Shown here one piece after another: positions 1-10,299 of a stretch of 22,205 nucleotides of DNA (position 1 is its first letter; each line of letters starts with the position of its first letter). The DNA is from Octopus sinensis (taxonomy: Eukaryota): positions 1 to 22,205 of the forward strand of contig NW_021823963.1 in NCBI RefSeq assembly GCF_006345805.1, in the 5' to 3' direction. The position numbers and the translations under genes are program-made. Below the pieces are notes generated by a model that made no database searches, was not told the origin of the DNA, and saw only the letters and a program-made list of their open reading frames with translations.

Positions 1-120
1 TATACATATATATATATTACATATACATATATATATATATATATATATACATATAATATATATACATATACATATATATATATACATATACATATATATA
101 TATATGTATGTATGTATGTA
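1..120. repeat. (TA)n/(TACA)n microsatellite
   Basis: Directly visible dinucleotide repeat. Confidence 0.97.
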
Positions 121-371
121 TCAAATGTGAGGATACAATTCTTTTTGAAAAAAAATATTTTCTCTAAAAAAATTCATCAATGGCCTGCATATTAAAAAAT
201 ACCTTTAACGGTTAAATTTATAAACAATTCATGAAAGAGGGCAAAGGAAAAAATTTCTAATGCCAAATATGCCGAAAAATTGGACATATTGTCCATTAAC
301 CATATAATTTTTTCACAATATGCACACTACTCGAAAAAAGGTCGACAGAAATTTCTGAAAAATTCCATTAT

Positions 372-429
372 TACCATATCGGACCGATTTCAGAGTTAGC
401 TACTAAGAGCCCTCTCTTCGTCAGTGATA
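372..429 (-). ncRNA. Type I hammerhead ribozyme (array copy 1)
   Basis: Minus strand: UAUCA-CUGACGA-AGAG..CUCU-GAAA-UCGG U CCGA-UA|UGGUA. Stem I UAUCA/UGGUA, near-palindromic stem III, AUA triplet. Confidence 0.85.
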
Positions 430-846
430 CATGTGGCAAAAGAAATAAATGAGATACTTACTTATACCCATGGAAGAAGCAAATACTAAGTCATGGGCAC
501 AACTAAGTACCCCAAATACATCCAAAATAGAAATACTCTAGCCCATTCGAGGCACGTGCGATTTGAACTGAGGCTCTTACAGCTTAAATTTATATCAAAT
601 GTGAGGATAAAATTGTTTCCGAAAAAAAATATTTTCTCCAAAAAAATTTTATCAATGGCCCGCATATTAAAAAATACATTTAACGGTTAAATTTATAAAC
701 AATTCATAAATGAGGGCAAAGGAAAAAATTTCTAATGCCAAATATGCCGAAAAATTGGACATATTGTCCATTAACCATATAATTTTTTCACAATACGCAC
801 GCTACTCGAACAAAGGTCAACAGAAATTTCTAAAAAATTCCATTAT

Positions 847-904
847 TACCATATCGGACCGATTTCAGAGTTAGCTACTAAGAGCCCTCTCTTCGTCAGT
901 GATA
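847..904 (-). ncRNA. Type I hammerhead ribozyme (array copy 2)
   Basis: Same motif as 372-429. Confidence 0.85.
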
Positions 905-1349
905 CATGTGGCAAAAGAAATAAATGTGATACTTACTCATACCCATGGAAGAAGCAAATACTAAGTCATGGGCACAACTAAGTACCCTAAATACATCCAA
1001 AATAGAAATACTCTAGCTCATTTGAGGCACGTGCGATTTGAACTGAGGCTCTCACAGAGTGAGTTAGTTAGTTCGGAAGTGAACACTTAAATTTATATCA
1101 AATGTGAGGATAAAATTCTTTTCGAAAAAAAATATTTTCTCGAAAAAATTTTTATCAATGGCCAGCATATCAAAAAATACCTTTAACGGTTAAATTTATA
1201 AACAATTCATAAATGAAGGCAAAGGAAAAAATTTCTAATGCCAAATATGCCGAAAAATTGGACATATTCTCCATTAACCATATAATTTTTTCACAATACG
1301 CACTCTACTCGAAAAAAGGTCAACAGAAATTTCTAAAAAATTCCATTAT

Positions 1350-1407
1350 TACCATATCGGACCGATTTCAGAGTTAGCTACTAAGAACCCTCTCTTCGTC
1401 AGTGATA
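1350..1407 (-). ncRNA. Type I hammerhead ribozyme (array copy 3)
   Basis: Same motif with one substitution in the stem II loop region; core intact. Confidence 0.85.
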
Positions 1408-1824
1408 CATGTGGCAAAAGAAATAAATGAGATACTTACTCATACCCACAGAAGAAGCAAATACTAAGTCATGGGCACAACTTAGTACCCCAAATACATC
1501 CAAAATAGAAATACTCTAGCCCATCGAGGCATGTGCGATTTGAACTGAGGCTCTCACAGCTTAAATTTATATCAAATGTGAGGATAAAATTCTTTTCGAA
1601 AAAAAAATATTTTCTCGAAAATAATTTTATCAATGGCCAGTATATTAAAAAATACTTTTAACGGTTAAATTTATAAACAATTCATAAATGAGGGCAAAGG
1701 AAAAAATTTCTAATGCCAAATATGCCGAAAAATTGGACATATTGTCCATTAACCATATAATTTTTTCACAATACGCATGCTACTCGAAAAAAGGTCAACA
1801 GAAGTTTCTAAAAAATTCCATTAT

Positions 1825-1882
1825 TACCATATCGGACCGATTTCAGAGTTAGCTACTAAGAGCCCTCTCTTCGTCAGTGATA
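1825..1882 (-). ncRNA. Type I hammerhead ribozyme (array copy 4)
   Basis: Same motif as 372-429. Confidence 0.85.
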
Positions 1883-2111
1883 CACGTGGCAAAAGAAATA
1901 AATGAGATACTTACTCATACCCATTGAAGAAGCAAATACTAAGTCATGGGCACAACTAAGTATCCCAAATACATCCAAAATAGAAATACTCTAGCCCATT
2001 CGAGGCATTTCTATTTTGGATGTATTTGGGGTACTTAGTTGTGCCCATGACTTAGTATTTGCTTCTTCTGTGGGTATGAGTAAGTATCTCATTTATTTCT
2101 TTTGCCACATG

Positions 2112-2169
2112 TATCACTGACGAAGAGAGGGCTCTTAGTAGCTAACTCTGAAATCGGTCCGATATGGTA
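2112..2169 (+). ncRNA. Type I hammerhead ribozyme (inverted copy 5)
   Basis: TATCA CTGACGA AGAG...CTCT GAAA TCGGTCCGA TA TGGTA; predicted cleavage after 2164. Confidence 0.85.
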
Positions 2170-2649
2170 ATAATGGAATTTTTTAGAAATTTCTGTTGAC
2201 CTTTTTTCGAGTAGCGTGCGTATTGTGAAAGAATTATATGGTTAATGGACAATATGTCCAATTTTTCGGCATATTTGGCATCAGAAATTTTTTCCTTTGC
2301 CCTCATTTATGAATTGTTTATAAATTTAACCGTTAAAGGTATTTTTTGATATGCTGGCCATTGATAAAATTTTTTTGGAGAAAATATTTTTTTTCGAAAA
2401 GAATTTTATCCTCACATTTGATATAAATTTAAGCGTTCACTTCCGAACTAACTAACTCACTCTGTGAGAGCCTCAGTTCAAATTGCACGTGCCTCGAATG
2501 GGCTAGAGTATTTCTATTTTGGATGTATTTGGGGTCCTTAGTTGTACCCATGACTTAGTATTTCCCCCCATTCATCACCCTCTTGTACTGTCTTATGTCC
2601 CTTGTACTGTCTTATGAGTAAGTATCTCATTTATTTCTTTTGCCACGTG

Positions 2650-2707
2650 TATCACTGATGAAGAGAGGGCTCTTAGTAGCTAACTCTGAAATCGGTCCGA
2701 TATGGTA
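2650..2707 (+). ncRNA. Type I hammerhead ribozyme (inverted copy 6)
   Basis: As copy 5 but with a CTGATGA core (change at the variable position 7). Confidence 0.85.
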
Positions 2708-2730
2708 ATAATGGAATCTCATTTATGAAT

Positions 2731-2924
2731 TATATATGTATATATATATATATGTATGTATATACATATATATATATGTATGTAAATATATGTATATATA
2801 TATATATATATGTATGTATATACATATATATATATGTATGTAAATATATGTATATATATATATATGTATGTAAATATATGTATGTATGTATATATATATA
2901 TATGTATATGTATGTAAATATATG

Positions 2925-2975
<51 letters not shown>

Positions 2976-3020
2976 ATATATGTGTATATATATATATATA
3001 TATACGTATGTATATATATA
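2731..3020. repeat. (TA)n/(TATG)n microsatellite
   Basis: Directly visible; source of the YIYI ORFs. Confidence 0.97.
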
Positions 3021-3108
3021 AAGTTAATCCAACAAGAAAGCACAATAAAACACAACACGAGGACGTGGAACAAATATAGTATTATTGGATGCTCAGGAAA
3101 GAAGGAGG

Positions 3109-3143
3109 GTTTAACATTTCGAGGGGAGCTCTTCATCGGAAAC
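3109..3143 (-). ncRNA. Minimal hammerhead-like motif inside a ~135-bp element (3021-3156) embedded in (TA)n
   Basis: Minus strand: GUUU-CCGAUGA-AGAGCUCCCCUC-GAAA-UG-UU|AAAC. Stem I GUUU/AAAC, core U4C variant, 2-bp stem III remnant. Confidence 0.55.
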
Positions 3144-3164
3144 ATAGGAGAAGGGAGATATATA

Positions 3165-3230
<66 letters not shown>

Positions 3231-3235
<5 letters not shown>

Positions 3236-3311
3236 AAAGAATGACACCTCCTTGAGGAGGAATATAGAAAAATATTTCATAACTAAGTTCTCCCCAAAAT
3301 TGAATGATTGA
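3231..3311 (+). pseudogene. Extreme C-terminus of a Penelope-like GIY-YIG endonuclease
   Basis: [26 protein letters not shown] parallels KAKELHFIKKFSPKFNV* at the end of the PLE at 14860-14915 (E..FI.KF.P..N motif). Confidence 0.6.
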
Positions 3312-3712
3312 ATGGCTGAAAATATCTCTATAATAAGCTGTACCAGAATGAGGACCAAATTTAAGTAAACTGTATTAAACACACACACACAGTTCTACAC
3401 ATAAGTTTTGGTTTTTGAAAATACAACATTGAACAAAGGATATTCTAATATTTGAATGAAACCATTTCACTTTAATTGGTGGAACCAGTTGCTCCTGTAT
3501 GATATTTATTTAACTGTCAATCAATGAGATATTAGACTAAATCAATTGAAGATCAGACAACAGACTCAATGGTTGTCAGTTTGTATTCTGTCATCTGTAA
3601 CTTCAACACAAGAAAGTCTCTTTTTCAAGTATGGACCTTATGAAATTTTGCTCATCATACATTGAAGGACAAATCTTTCAAATTATAATTTAACAACATA
3701 GTGCAGCATTTA

Positions 3713-3768
<56 letters not shown>

Positions 3769-4034
3769 GTATAAATATCAACATAATTATTTCTTCTTCC
3801 TCTTTTTTTTCTTCTTTCTTCCTTTCTACAATGACACCCCTTGCAGACTCACAGGCACCCACACACACAAACCTCCACAAAACAATAAAAAGAATTCCAG
3901 ACAAATCTTTTCAAAAAACCAAAAACCATTTGACCATTCCTCCTTAAACACACACACACTCTCTCTCACAAGACAATGATAAAAAGGAAATATAATCTAT
4001 GGTCTACCTTCCCTCCCCTTCCTTCCTTATCTTC

Positions 4035-4440
4035 TTTTCTAACACTCCCTCCAGATACAAAAAAAACACACACATGCTCTCTCTCACTTTCTCCCCATTC
4101 ATTACCCTCTTGTATTGTCTTATGTCCCTCCCTACCACTACACACTCAATAACACTATAAAATGGTCAAAACTTTCTTTTCCCCAAGATCTTAGACCCCC
4201 CTTGGAGTAAACATCCTGACCAACTAACCAGCAAAACAATTTTTTTGTTCTTCCCTCTCTCCCTTTTCTCCCTTTTCTCCCTTCCTCTCTTTTTCTTTAA
4301 CACATCTTCCAAATACAAAAACACACACACATGTTCTCTCTCTCTCTCACTTTCCCCCCATTCATCACCCTCTTGTACTGTCTTATGTCCCTCCCCACCA
4401 CAATGCACTCAATAACACTATAAAATGGTCAAAACTTTTT
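4035..4440. repeat. Direct repeat of ~140 bp (4035-4175 and ~4295-4440)
   Basis: ...CCCCATTCAT(T/C)ACCCTCTTGTA(T/C)TGTCTTATGTCCCTCCC...CACTCAATAACACTATAAAATGGTCAAAACTTT occurs twice. Confidence 0.85.
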
Positions 4441-4849
4441 CACAGGAACTTAATTCGATTTGAAAACCCCACCAGAATGGGAGAAAGCACTAATATATGC
4501 TTAAGTTCTATGATGTATAAAAACATGTAATATACAAATAAATATCTGTAAATATAAAACCATCTGAATTTCTGAGTACCTCATTTCTTCTAATATATAA
4601 CATTCGTTTTCGAATGTGATAGATAGGTTTAGGTTAGAAAAGAATTTATTGGACTTTACTCATAGAAAAGAATTTATTTGGACTTTACTCATAGGATTTT
4701 GGAATATTGCATACATACCATTATGCCTATAAAATGGATTTACAACTTCAATGCCCATACATATATTGCATCTATTTTCTTTCCTCCACCTCACACTCTA
4801 TTTTGTACCACATCTAAACTAACTATGACTTAACTTTCCTCTCACACCA

Positions 4850-4899
4850 TCTCCGATGAAGGGATATTATTAATAAATATCCTAGAAACAGCTGTAAGA
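4850..4899 (+). ncRNA. Minimal type I hammerhead (Penelope pLTR type)
   Basis: TCT-CCGATGA-A GGGATATT(loop)AATATCCT A-GAAA-CAGCTG-TA|AGA. Palindromic stem III ACAGCTGT, GUA triplet, core U4C variant. Confidence 0.72.
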
Positions 4900-5170
4900 C
4901 CTATCTATAAATGCTCTAATATCTATACAGCCTTGTTTTTTTTAAATCTTATTACGCAAAAACTTCTTATATACACACACTAACATAGAACCAATGTTAA
5001 ACCCTTTATTCGCAATATTACTGAATCTGGAACTTAACTATGGTCCATCTATAGCACTTATTCGGCATTAACTGACACCTTTGGGTCTCAATGACACCAT
5101 TATCTCTTATAACCTCAACTATATATATATATATAAATAGAGAGAGAGAGAGAGAGAGAGAGACAAACAC

Positions 5171-5212
<42 letters not shown>

Positions 5213-5308
5213 TCACAGAAATCTGGTGCAGGCTTCTGTCTGGCTGGCTCTTGTGATACCTTGCAACCCATGCTAGCAAGGAACATGGACGTTAAATGAC
5301 GATGATGA
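5213..5308 (+). mobile_element. 3' fragment of a (GAT)n-tailed short retroposon
   Basis: CAACCCATGCTAGCAAGGAACATGGACGTTAAATGACGATGATGAT matches the 3' end of the element at 15183-15400. Confidence 0.7.
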
Positions 5309-5754
5309 TATACATATGTATACACATATATTTATATACATACACATATATGCATACACACACACACACACACATATATATTTATATATAAATACATATA
5401 CAAAAATACAAGTTGAAAAACATCGTTATAGGTATAAATATACCATAAACAATTATAGAAAAATGGATGAGAAAAAGATGTTGCATCAAAATAGACTTAA
5501 TACAAAATAGGATTCAATACATATGTGTGTTTCAAAGGAAAATACAGATATGTAAGAAAAAAATTATAATCATAGTAATTATAATTAAATTTATGCAGTG
5601 TCATTCTCATCAGTGTGAAGAAGTTTTTGAAGGACATCAAAAAAGGTTTAATAAAATAAATTAAAATAAGATACAATGAGATACGCACACCCTAAATTTT
5701 ATTTTTTTTGTGTGGAAAAAAGTGCATAAATTACATGGGTTTTTACGGTACATA

Positions 5755-6625
5755 GAGGGTGCAATGAATAAACTTTTGTCAATTACACAAAAATGAAAAT
5801 AACACCGACATCTCATTTTAACAAATATATTTACCAAAATTACATAAATGTATCTTGAAATACTAAAGAGTAAATTCATTCAATAAAATAGCCATTGGCT
5901 TCAAACATAGCCTCCAGACGACTTTGGAACCTCCTGCAACTCTTTCAAACGTTCTCCTTGTTGAAGTTGGTGAATGCTGTCATAATCCTTGCCTTCAGTT
6001 CATCTTTGGTGTTACAAGGAGTATTGTTGGTCACTCACTCAACTGCACCCCACATATAATCAAGGGGGTTGCAATCTAGGGAGTTAGGTGACTAGATGTT
6101 AAAGGTGATGTGGTGGCAGAAGAAATTGTCTGACAGCCATGACTGGGTTTTCCTGCTTGTGTGGCATGATGAAGAGTCCTATTGCCAGATATAGGGTCCT
6201 CCAGCAGCCACCCTCTTGACCCAGAGCAGCACTACCTCCTCCAAGCATTTGATGTAGGCCTCTGTGTTGGGTCTGAAGCCATGTGGGATGATGAATGGAG
6301 GCATAACATCGCAATCACTAGTGATCACGCCAATCACCATGATGTAGACTGGATAATTGATTTTTATCATTCTTGGTACATGTCCTCAGATTGACTCCCA
6401 AACACTCTGAAATGTTCATACTGGAGCTTCCAGCATGAATACCAAGCAGTACAGCATGTTGTTTCCAAACTTCTGGTAAAGTGAAATGCATCACAGTGCT
6501 GTTTTTCTCACAGACAGTCTCCAACTCACCTTACTATATTATGTAGTCAACAAAATCACAAACAAACAATGCACGTGCGTGAAATTAAAAATATAGAATG
6601 GCGACAATTTATCCATCACACCCTG
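5755..6625 (-). mobile_element. Internally deleted Tc1/mariner DNA transposon, maT/DD37D-like, transposase pseudogene
   Basis: Minus frame: VMVIGVITSDCDVMPPFI...PYIWQ*DSSSCHTSRKTQSWL...I*SPNSLDCNPLDYMWG (QQDSAP.H and WPP.SPD.NPLDY motifs). Degenerate TIRs GAGGGTGCAATGAATAAACT / rc CAGGGTGTGATGGATAAATT; TA at 5753-5754. Confidence 0.85.
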
Positions 6626-6892
6626 TGTGTATGTATGTATGTAAACAGACAGATAGATATAGATATGTATACATACATACATATATATATTCATACAGTC
6701 CATGCGAGAATATTGTATCCGCATAAGGGATTACTATATCTGAAATTTCACTGGTTTAATCACCAACACCATTGAGGAATATCTCTTCAATATATATGGG
6801 ATTATTATAAGTATAAATATGATTAAAGAAGAAGAATGGAGAGTTGGTAAGGATATAAAATTAATTTATTAACATACTTGGCAGTATTCTTT

Positions 6893-6950
6893 TATTCTTT
6901 TCTTTTGTTTCAATCATTTGACTGTGTCCATGCTGGAGCACCGCCTTTAG
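6893..6950 (-). mobile_element. 3' tail fragment of a tRNA-derived SINE
   Basis: TTGTTTCAATCATTTGACTGTGTCCATGCTGGAGCACCGCCTTTAG matches the SINE tails at 8360 and 9510. Confidence 0.75.
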
Positions 6951-6966
6951 ACATCAAGACAGACAA

Positions 6967-7424
6967 GTGGGTTGTGAGTGAGTGGATAGAGAAAGGAGAA
7001 AGAGAGAAAAGAGAGAAGACAGGAATGGGATAGGTGCAGGAAAGAATGGATGAGATTGAAAGTAAAATAAAATTTAAAAAAATAAGCAATAAAAAGAATA
7101 AAGATAGATAAAGTGCCAGTATTCTTCTTCTTAAGTGTTGGTTCAAGGTGAGAGGTCAGGCATTAAAGGTTTTGGTATAGTGGAGGAGGGAGGTATTTAT
7201 GTGTATTGATTAAATAGGATAGGTGTGGTCAGTAGGGATAGCTAAAAATAGATGCCTAGTTTAAGTGGGTATATGTAGGATTAAATGAATAAAGGATAGA
7301 AATTAAAGAATTAAAATTTAAACATTAAAAGTTAAATTAAAAATTTGGAATTTAAAAGTTAAGCATTTAAGGAATAAAGTAGCTTCTAAAGTACTTAAGT
7401 TGATAAAGAAGAAAAGGAAAGGAA
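6967..7424 (-). repeat. Diverged inverted copy of 8790-9225 (probable inverted pseudo-LTR)
   Basis: GAAGACAGGAATGGGATAGGTGCAGGA and GTAGGGATAGCTAAAAATAGATGCCTAG are reverse complements of ~9165-9192 and ~8953-8980. Confidence 0.85.
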
Positions 7425-8308
7425 AAATTATCCTATTCCTCTCTGCCCAATATCGAATTTATTGTTAACTCATCTAATAAGCATAAACTTAATTCCTGCT
7501 ACCTAAATATATATAATCATAACATAGGTCAATACAGTGAAAACACTGAACATGATAACATAAACCACACCCATAACCCTAGCACTATAACCAGCACAAA
7601 CCAGGATGCAAACATCGCCTGCTTCCGAAGAAGGTCAGAATATGGCTAAAATGAATACTAATACTAATAGCACTGCTGCTACTACTAACACTTACTAATA
7701 CTACTATTACTACTAATAATAATAATAGAAATAAAAATAATAACAGCAATAATAATGATATGAGCCAATGCCCTAATACCACCCTTAACTTTAATTTGTC
7801 CATAGATAGTACATCTTCCCTCTCCACAATTAACCCATGTAGGACAGATAGCTGCAACTGCCAATTCAGGACTGAATGCCCGCTGCAAGCCCACTGCAGA
7901 AGGTTTAACGTAGTGTACAAATGCGTTGTTTGCAACATATTACATAATTCTACTAACTACTACACCGAGTCTACTATGAGTTTTAAACAGAGATATTCTG
8001 CACATCTAAATTCATTTAAATATGAAGAACATAGTAAATCTACATCCCTAGCCAACCACATACACCACCTGATAAATAGGAAAGTATCATATAGGATACC
8101 TTGGACAATAATAGACTCTGGCATCATATAGCAAGGCCAGCACTCCATATGTGGACTCTGCCTGAAAGAAGCCCTCCAAATATTAATTAATAATTCTCTG
8201 CAATTACTCAATAAACAACATGAAGCATCCTCTACATGTAAGCATAAGTTCTTTTGCACCTTTAGATTCTTCCATAGATCCAAATGCAAGTACAATAAAC
8301 AAACATAA
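7425..8308 (+). pseudogene. 3' part of a Penelope-like element ORF, Naiad-type (RT thumb end, Asn/Thr-rich linker, Cys knuckle, GIY-YIG endonuclease)
   Basis: KLSYSSLPNIEFIVNSSNKHKL from 7425; after a frameshift CNCQFRTECPLQAHC..NVVYKC..YYTEST.SFKQRYSAHLNSF...STSLANHI..L...I.W.I..*...CGLCLKEA..I....LLNKQHE.SSTCKHK; in-frame TAG at 8129. Confidence 0.85.
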
Positions 8309-8344
8309 CACCTGCCTAAATGCTTCCATGGTCATTACAATATT

Positions 8345-8567
8345 CTTTTATACTTTTACTTGTTTAAGTCATTTGACTGTGGCCATGCTGGAGCACCATC
8401 TTTAGTCCAACAAACTGACCCCAGGACTTATTCTTTGTAATTCTAGTACTTATCAGTTTGTTTTGCCAAACCGCTAATTTACAGGGACTCAAACACACCA
8501 GCATCAGCCGTCAAGCGATGTTAGGGGACAAACACAGACACACAAACATACACACATAAATAAATAC

Positions 8568-8604
<37 letters not shown>

Positions 8605-8760
8605 TACACACACACAAGGAGCTTCTTTCAGTTTCAGTCTATGAAATCCACTCACAAGGCTTTGGTCAGCCCGAGGCTATAGCAGAAGATACTTACCCAA
8701 GGTACCATGCAGTGGGACTGAACCCGGAGCTACTTACCATACAGCCACTCCTGTACCTAT
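8345..8760 (-). mobile_element. tRNA-derived SINE with internal (TA/CA)n
   Basis: Minus 5' end: A box TGGCTGTATGGT, B box GGTTCAGTCCC, then CCTTGGGTAAGT; 3' tail ..CAGTCAAATGACTTAAACAAGTAAAAG. Confidence 0.88.
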
Positions 8761-9494
8761 ACATTATATGTACATTTTTCCTTTCTTTTCATTTTTCCCT
8801 TTCCTTTTCCTTTATTCCTTTCTTTTTCCTTTTTTTCTCCATCTAGTTAGCTTTATTCCTTAAATTTTTAACTTTTAAATTCCCAATTTTTAATTTAGCT
8901 TTTAACTTTAAACTTTGATTTGTATCCTTTATCCTACATATACCCACTTCAGCTAGGCATCTATTTTTAGCTATCCCTACTACACCTAACCTATTTAATC
9001 AATAGACATAGCTACCTTCCTCCTCCACTTTACCTTTAATGCCTGACCTCTCACCCCAACCAACCCTTAAGAAGAAGAATACTGGAACCATATCTCTATC
9101 TTTATTCTTTGTATGCTTTATTTTTTTATTTTGATTTTACTTTACTTTCGATTTCATTCATTCTATCCTGCACCTATCCCATTCCTGTCTTCTTTTTTTC
9201 TCTCTCTCACTCACTCACAACCCACTGCTACCTCTCATCTTTCTCACTCTATATATCCATGCAGACCATTTGCACACTAGCTAACACTTCAACATGAATG
9301 CATCATTCAAAATACTGCCAAAATTCTACCTGCATTTACCTGGGATTAAGTATAAGGACTTATACCTTCACAGAAGTACAGACCAACCTCCAAATCCTCT
9401 GGAAAAAGATGAACTGTCTGTATTCTTATATCATCTACTTTTACTCTTTATTCTCTATTTTATTCCTTATAAACTGTGAATTTCCCTATACTCT

Positions 9495-9904
9495 CTTTTA
9501 CTCTTTTACTTGTTTCAGTCATTTGACTGTGGCCATGCTGAGCACCGCCTTTTTAATCGACAACTCGACCCCGGAACTTATTCTTTTGTAAGCCCAGTAC
9601 TTATTCTATCGGTCTCTTTTTGCCGAACCGCTAAGTGACGGGGACATAAACACACCAGCATCGGTTGTCAAGCAATGCTAGGGGACAAACACAGACACAC
9701 AAACACACACGCGCATATATATATATATATACATATATACGACGGGCTTCTTTCAGTTTCCGTCTACCAAATCCACTCACAAGGCTTTGGACGGCCCGAG
9801 GCTATAGTAGAAGACACTTGCCCAGGGTGCCACGCAGTGGGACTGAACCCGGAACCATGTGGTTGGTAGACAAGCTACTTACCACACAGCCACTCCTGCG
9901 CCTA
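9495..9904 (-). mobile_element. Full-length tRNA-derived SINE
   Basis: Minus: GGCGCAGGAGTGGCTGTGTGGTAAG (A box)...GGGTTCAGTCCCAC (B box), GGCACCCTGGGCAAGT (CORE-like), AAAAGAGT-type tail. Confidence 0.9.
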
Positions 9905-9931
9905 TCTAGAACTTTCATACATATTCACTTT

Positions 9932-10007
9932 GTTTCTGATGATGGAATATCCAGAGTACAGACATGTTAGCTTATCACTTGGGATATCCCAGAAACAGCT
10001 GTAAGAC
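9932..10007 (+). ncRNA. Type I hammerhead ribozyme (Penelope pLTR type)
   Basis: GTTT-CTGATGA-TGGAATATCC..GGATATCCCA-GAAA-CAGCTG-TA|AGAC; palindromic stem III; predicted cleavage after 10003. Confidence 0.85.
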
Positions 10008-10220
10008 TTCAAATTATCCTTACTCTAATTAAATTTTTATAAATAACTAGAGATACTTGTCCTATCTTGATTTTTTATGTCCTTTTCCTCAAATATATAC
10101 CTGCTAACATGGAAGCCCTAGCTCCAGCATCAGCTGTGAACATGAAACCTAACAGATGACCAATTATAGCACTTACTCAGCATTCCTATTTATTTAGATC
10201 ACCAGTGTATGAAATCCCTC

Positions 10221-10287
<67 letters not shown>

Positions 10288-10299
10288 TACACACACACA

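Larger units (their letters stand above)
120..2007 (-). repeat. Tandem array of ~4 units (475/503/475 bp), one hammerhead per unit; retrozyme- or Penelope pLTR-like
   Basis: The same motif recurs at 372, 847, 1350 and 1825. A 28-bp insertion variant at ~1057-1085 makes one period 503 bp. Confidence 0.92.
2007..2731 (+). repeat. Inverted continuation (~1.4 units) of the HHR array
   Basis: ATTTCTATTTTGGATGTATTTGGGG from 2007 is the reverse complement of the array sequence ending at 1988; 18-nt spacer. Confidence 0.92.

Noticed and set aside
2433-2498. tRNA-like fragment (GTTC/GAAC hairpin and B-box-like AGTTCAAAT) in the array unit
   Set aside because: No A box, acceptor stem or cloverleaf could be built; too weak to call
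2719-3230. ORFs rich in YIYI/HIHI (also at 5091-5510, 15344-15551 and the N-terminus of 17205-17975)
   Set aside because: Translations of (TA)n-type microsatellites, which lack stops in some frames
4635-4693. ~28-bp tandem duplication TAGAAAAGAATTTATT(T)GGACTTTACTCA
   Set aside because: Real, but an ordinary local slippage event with no functional indication
5600-5620. CUGAUGA on the minus strand (similar cores at ~15337, ~15617, ~18044 on minus and 13429 on plus)
   Set aside because: No correctly placed stem II-GAAA-stem III-NUH; the 355-nt unit therefore has no second-polarity ribozyme that I can see
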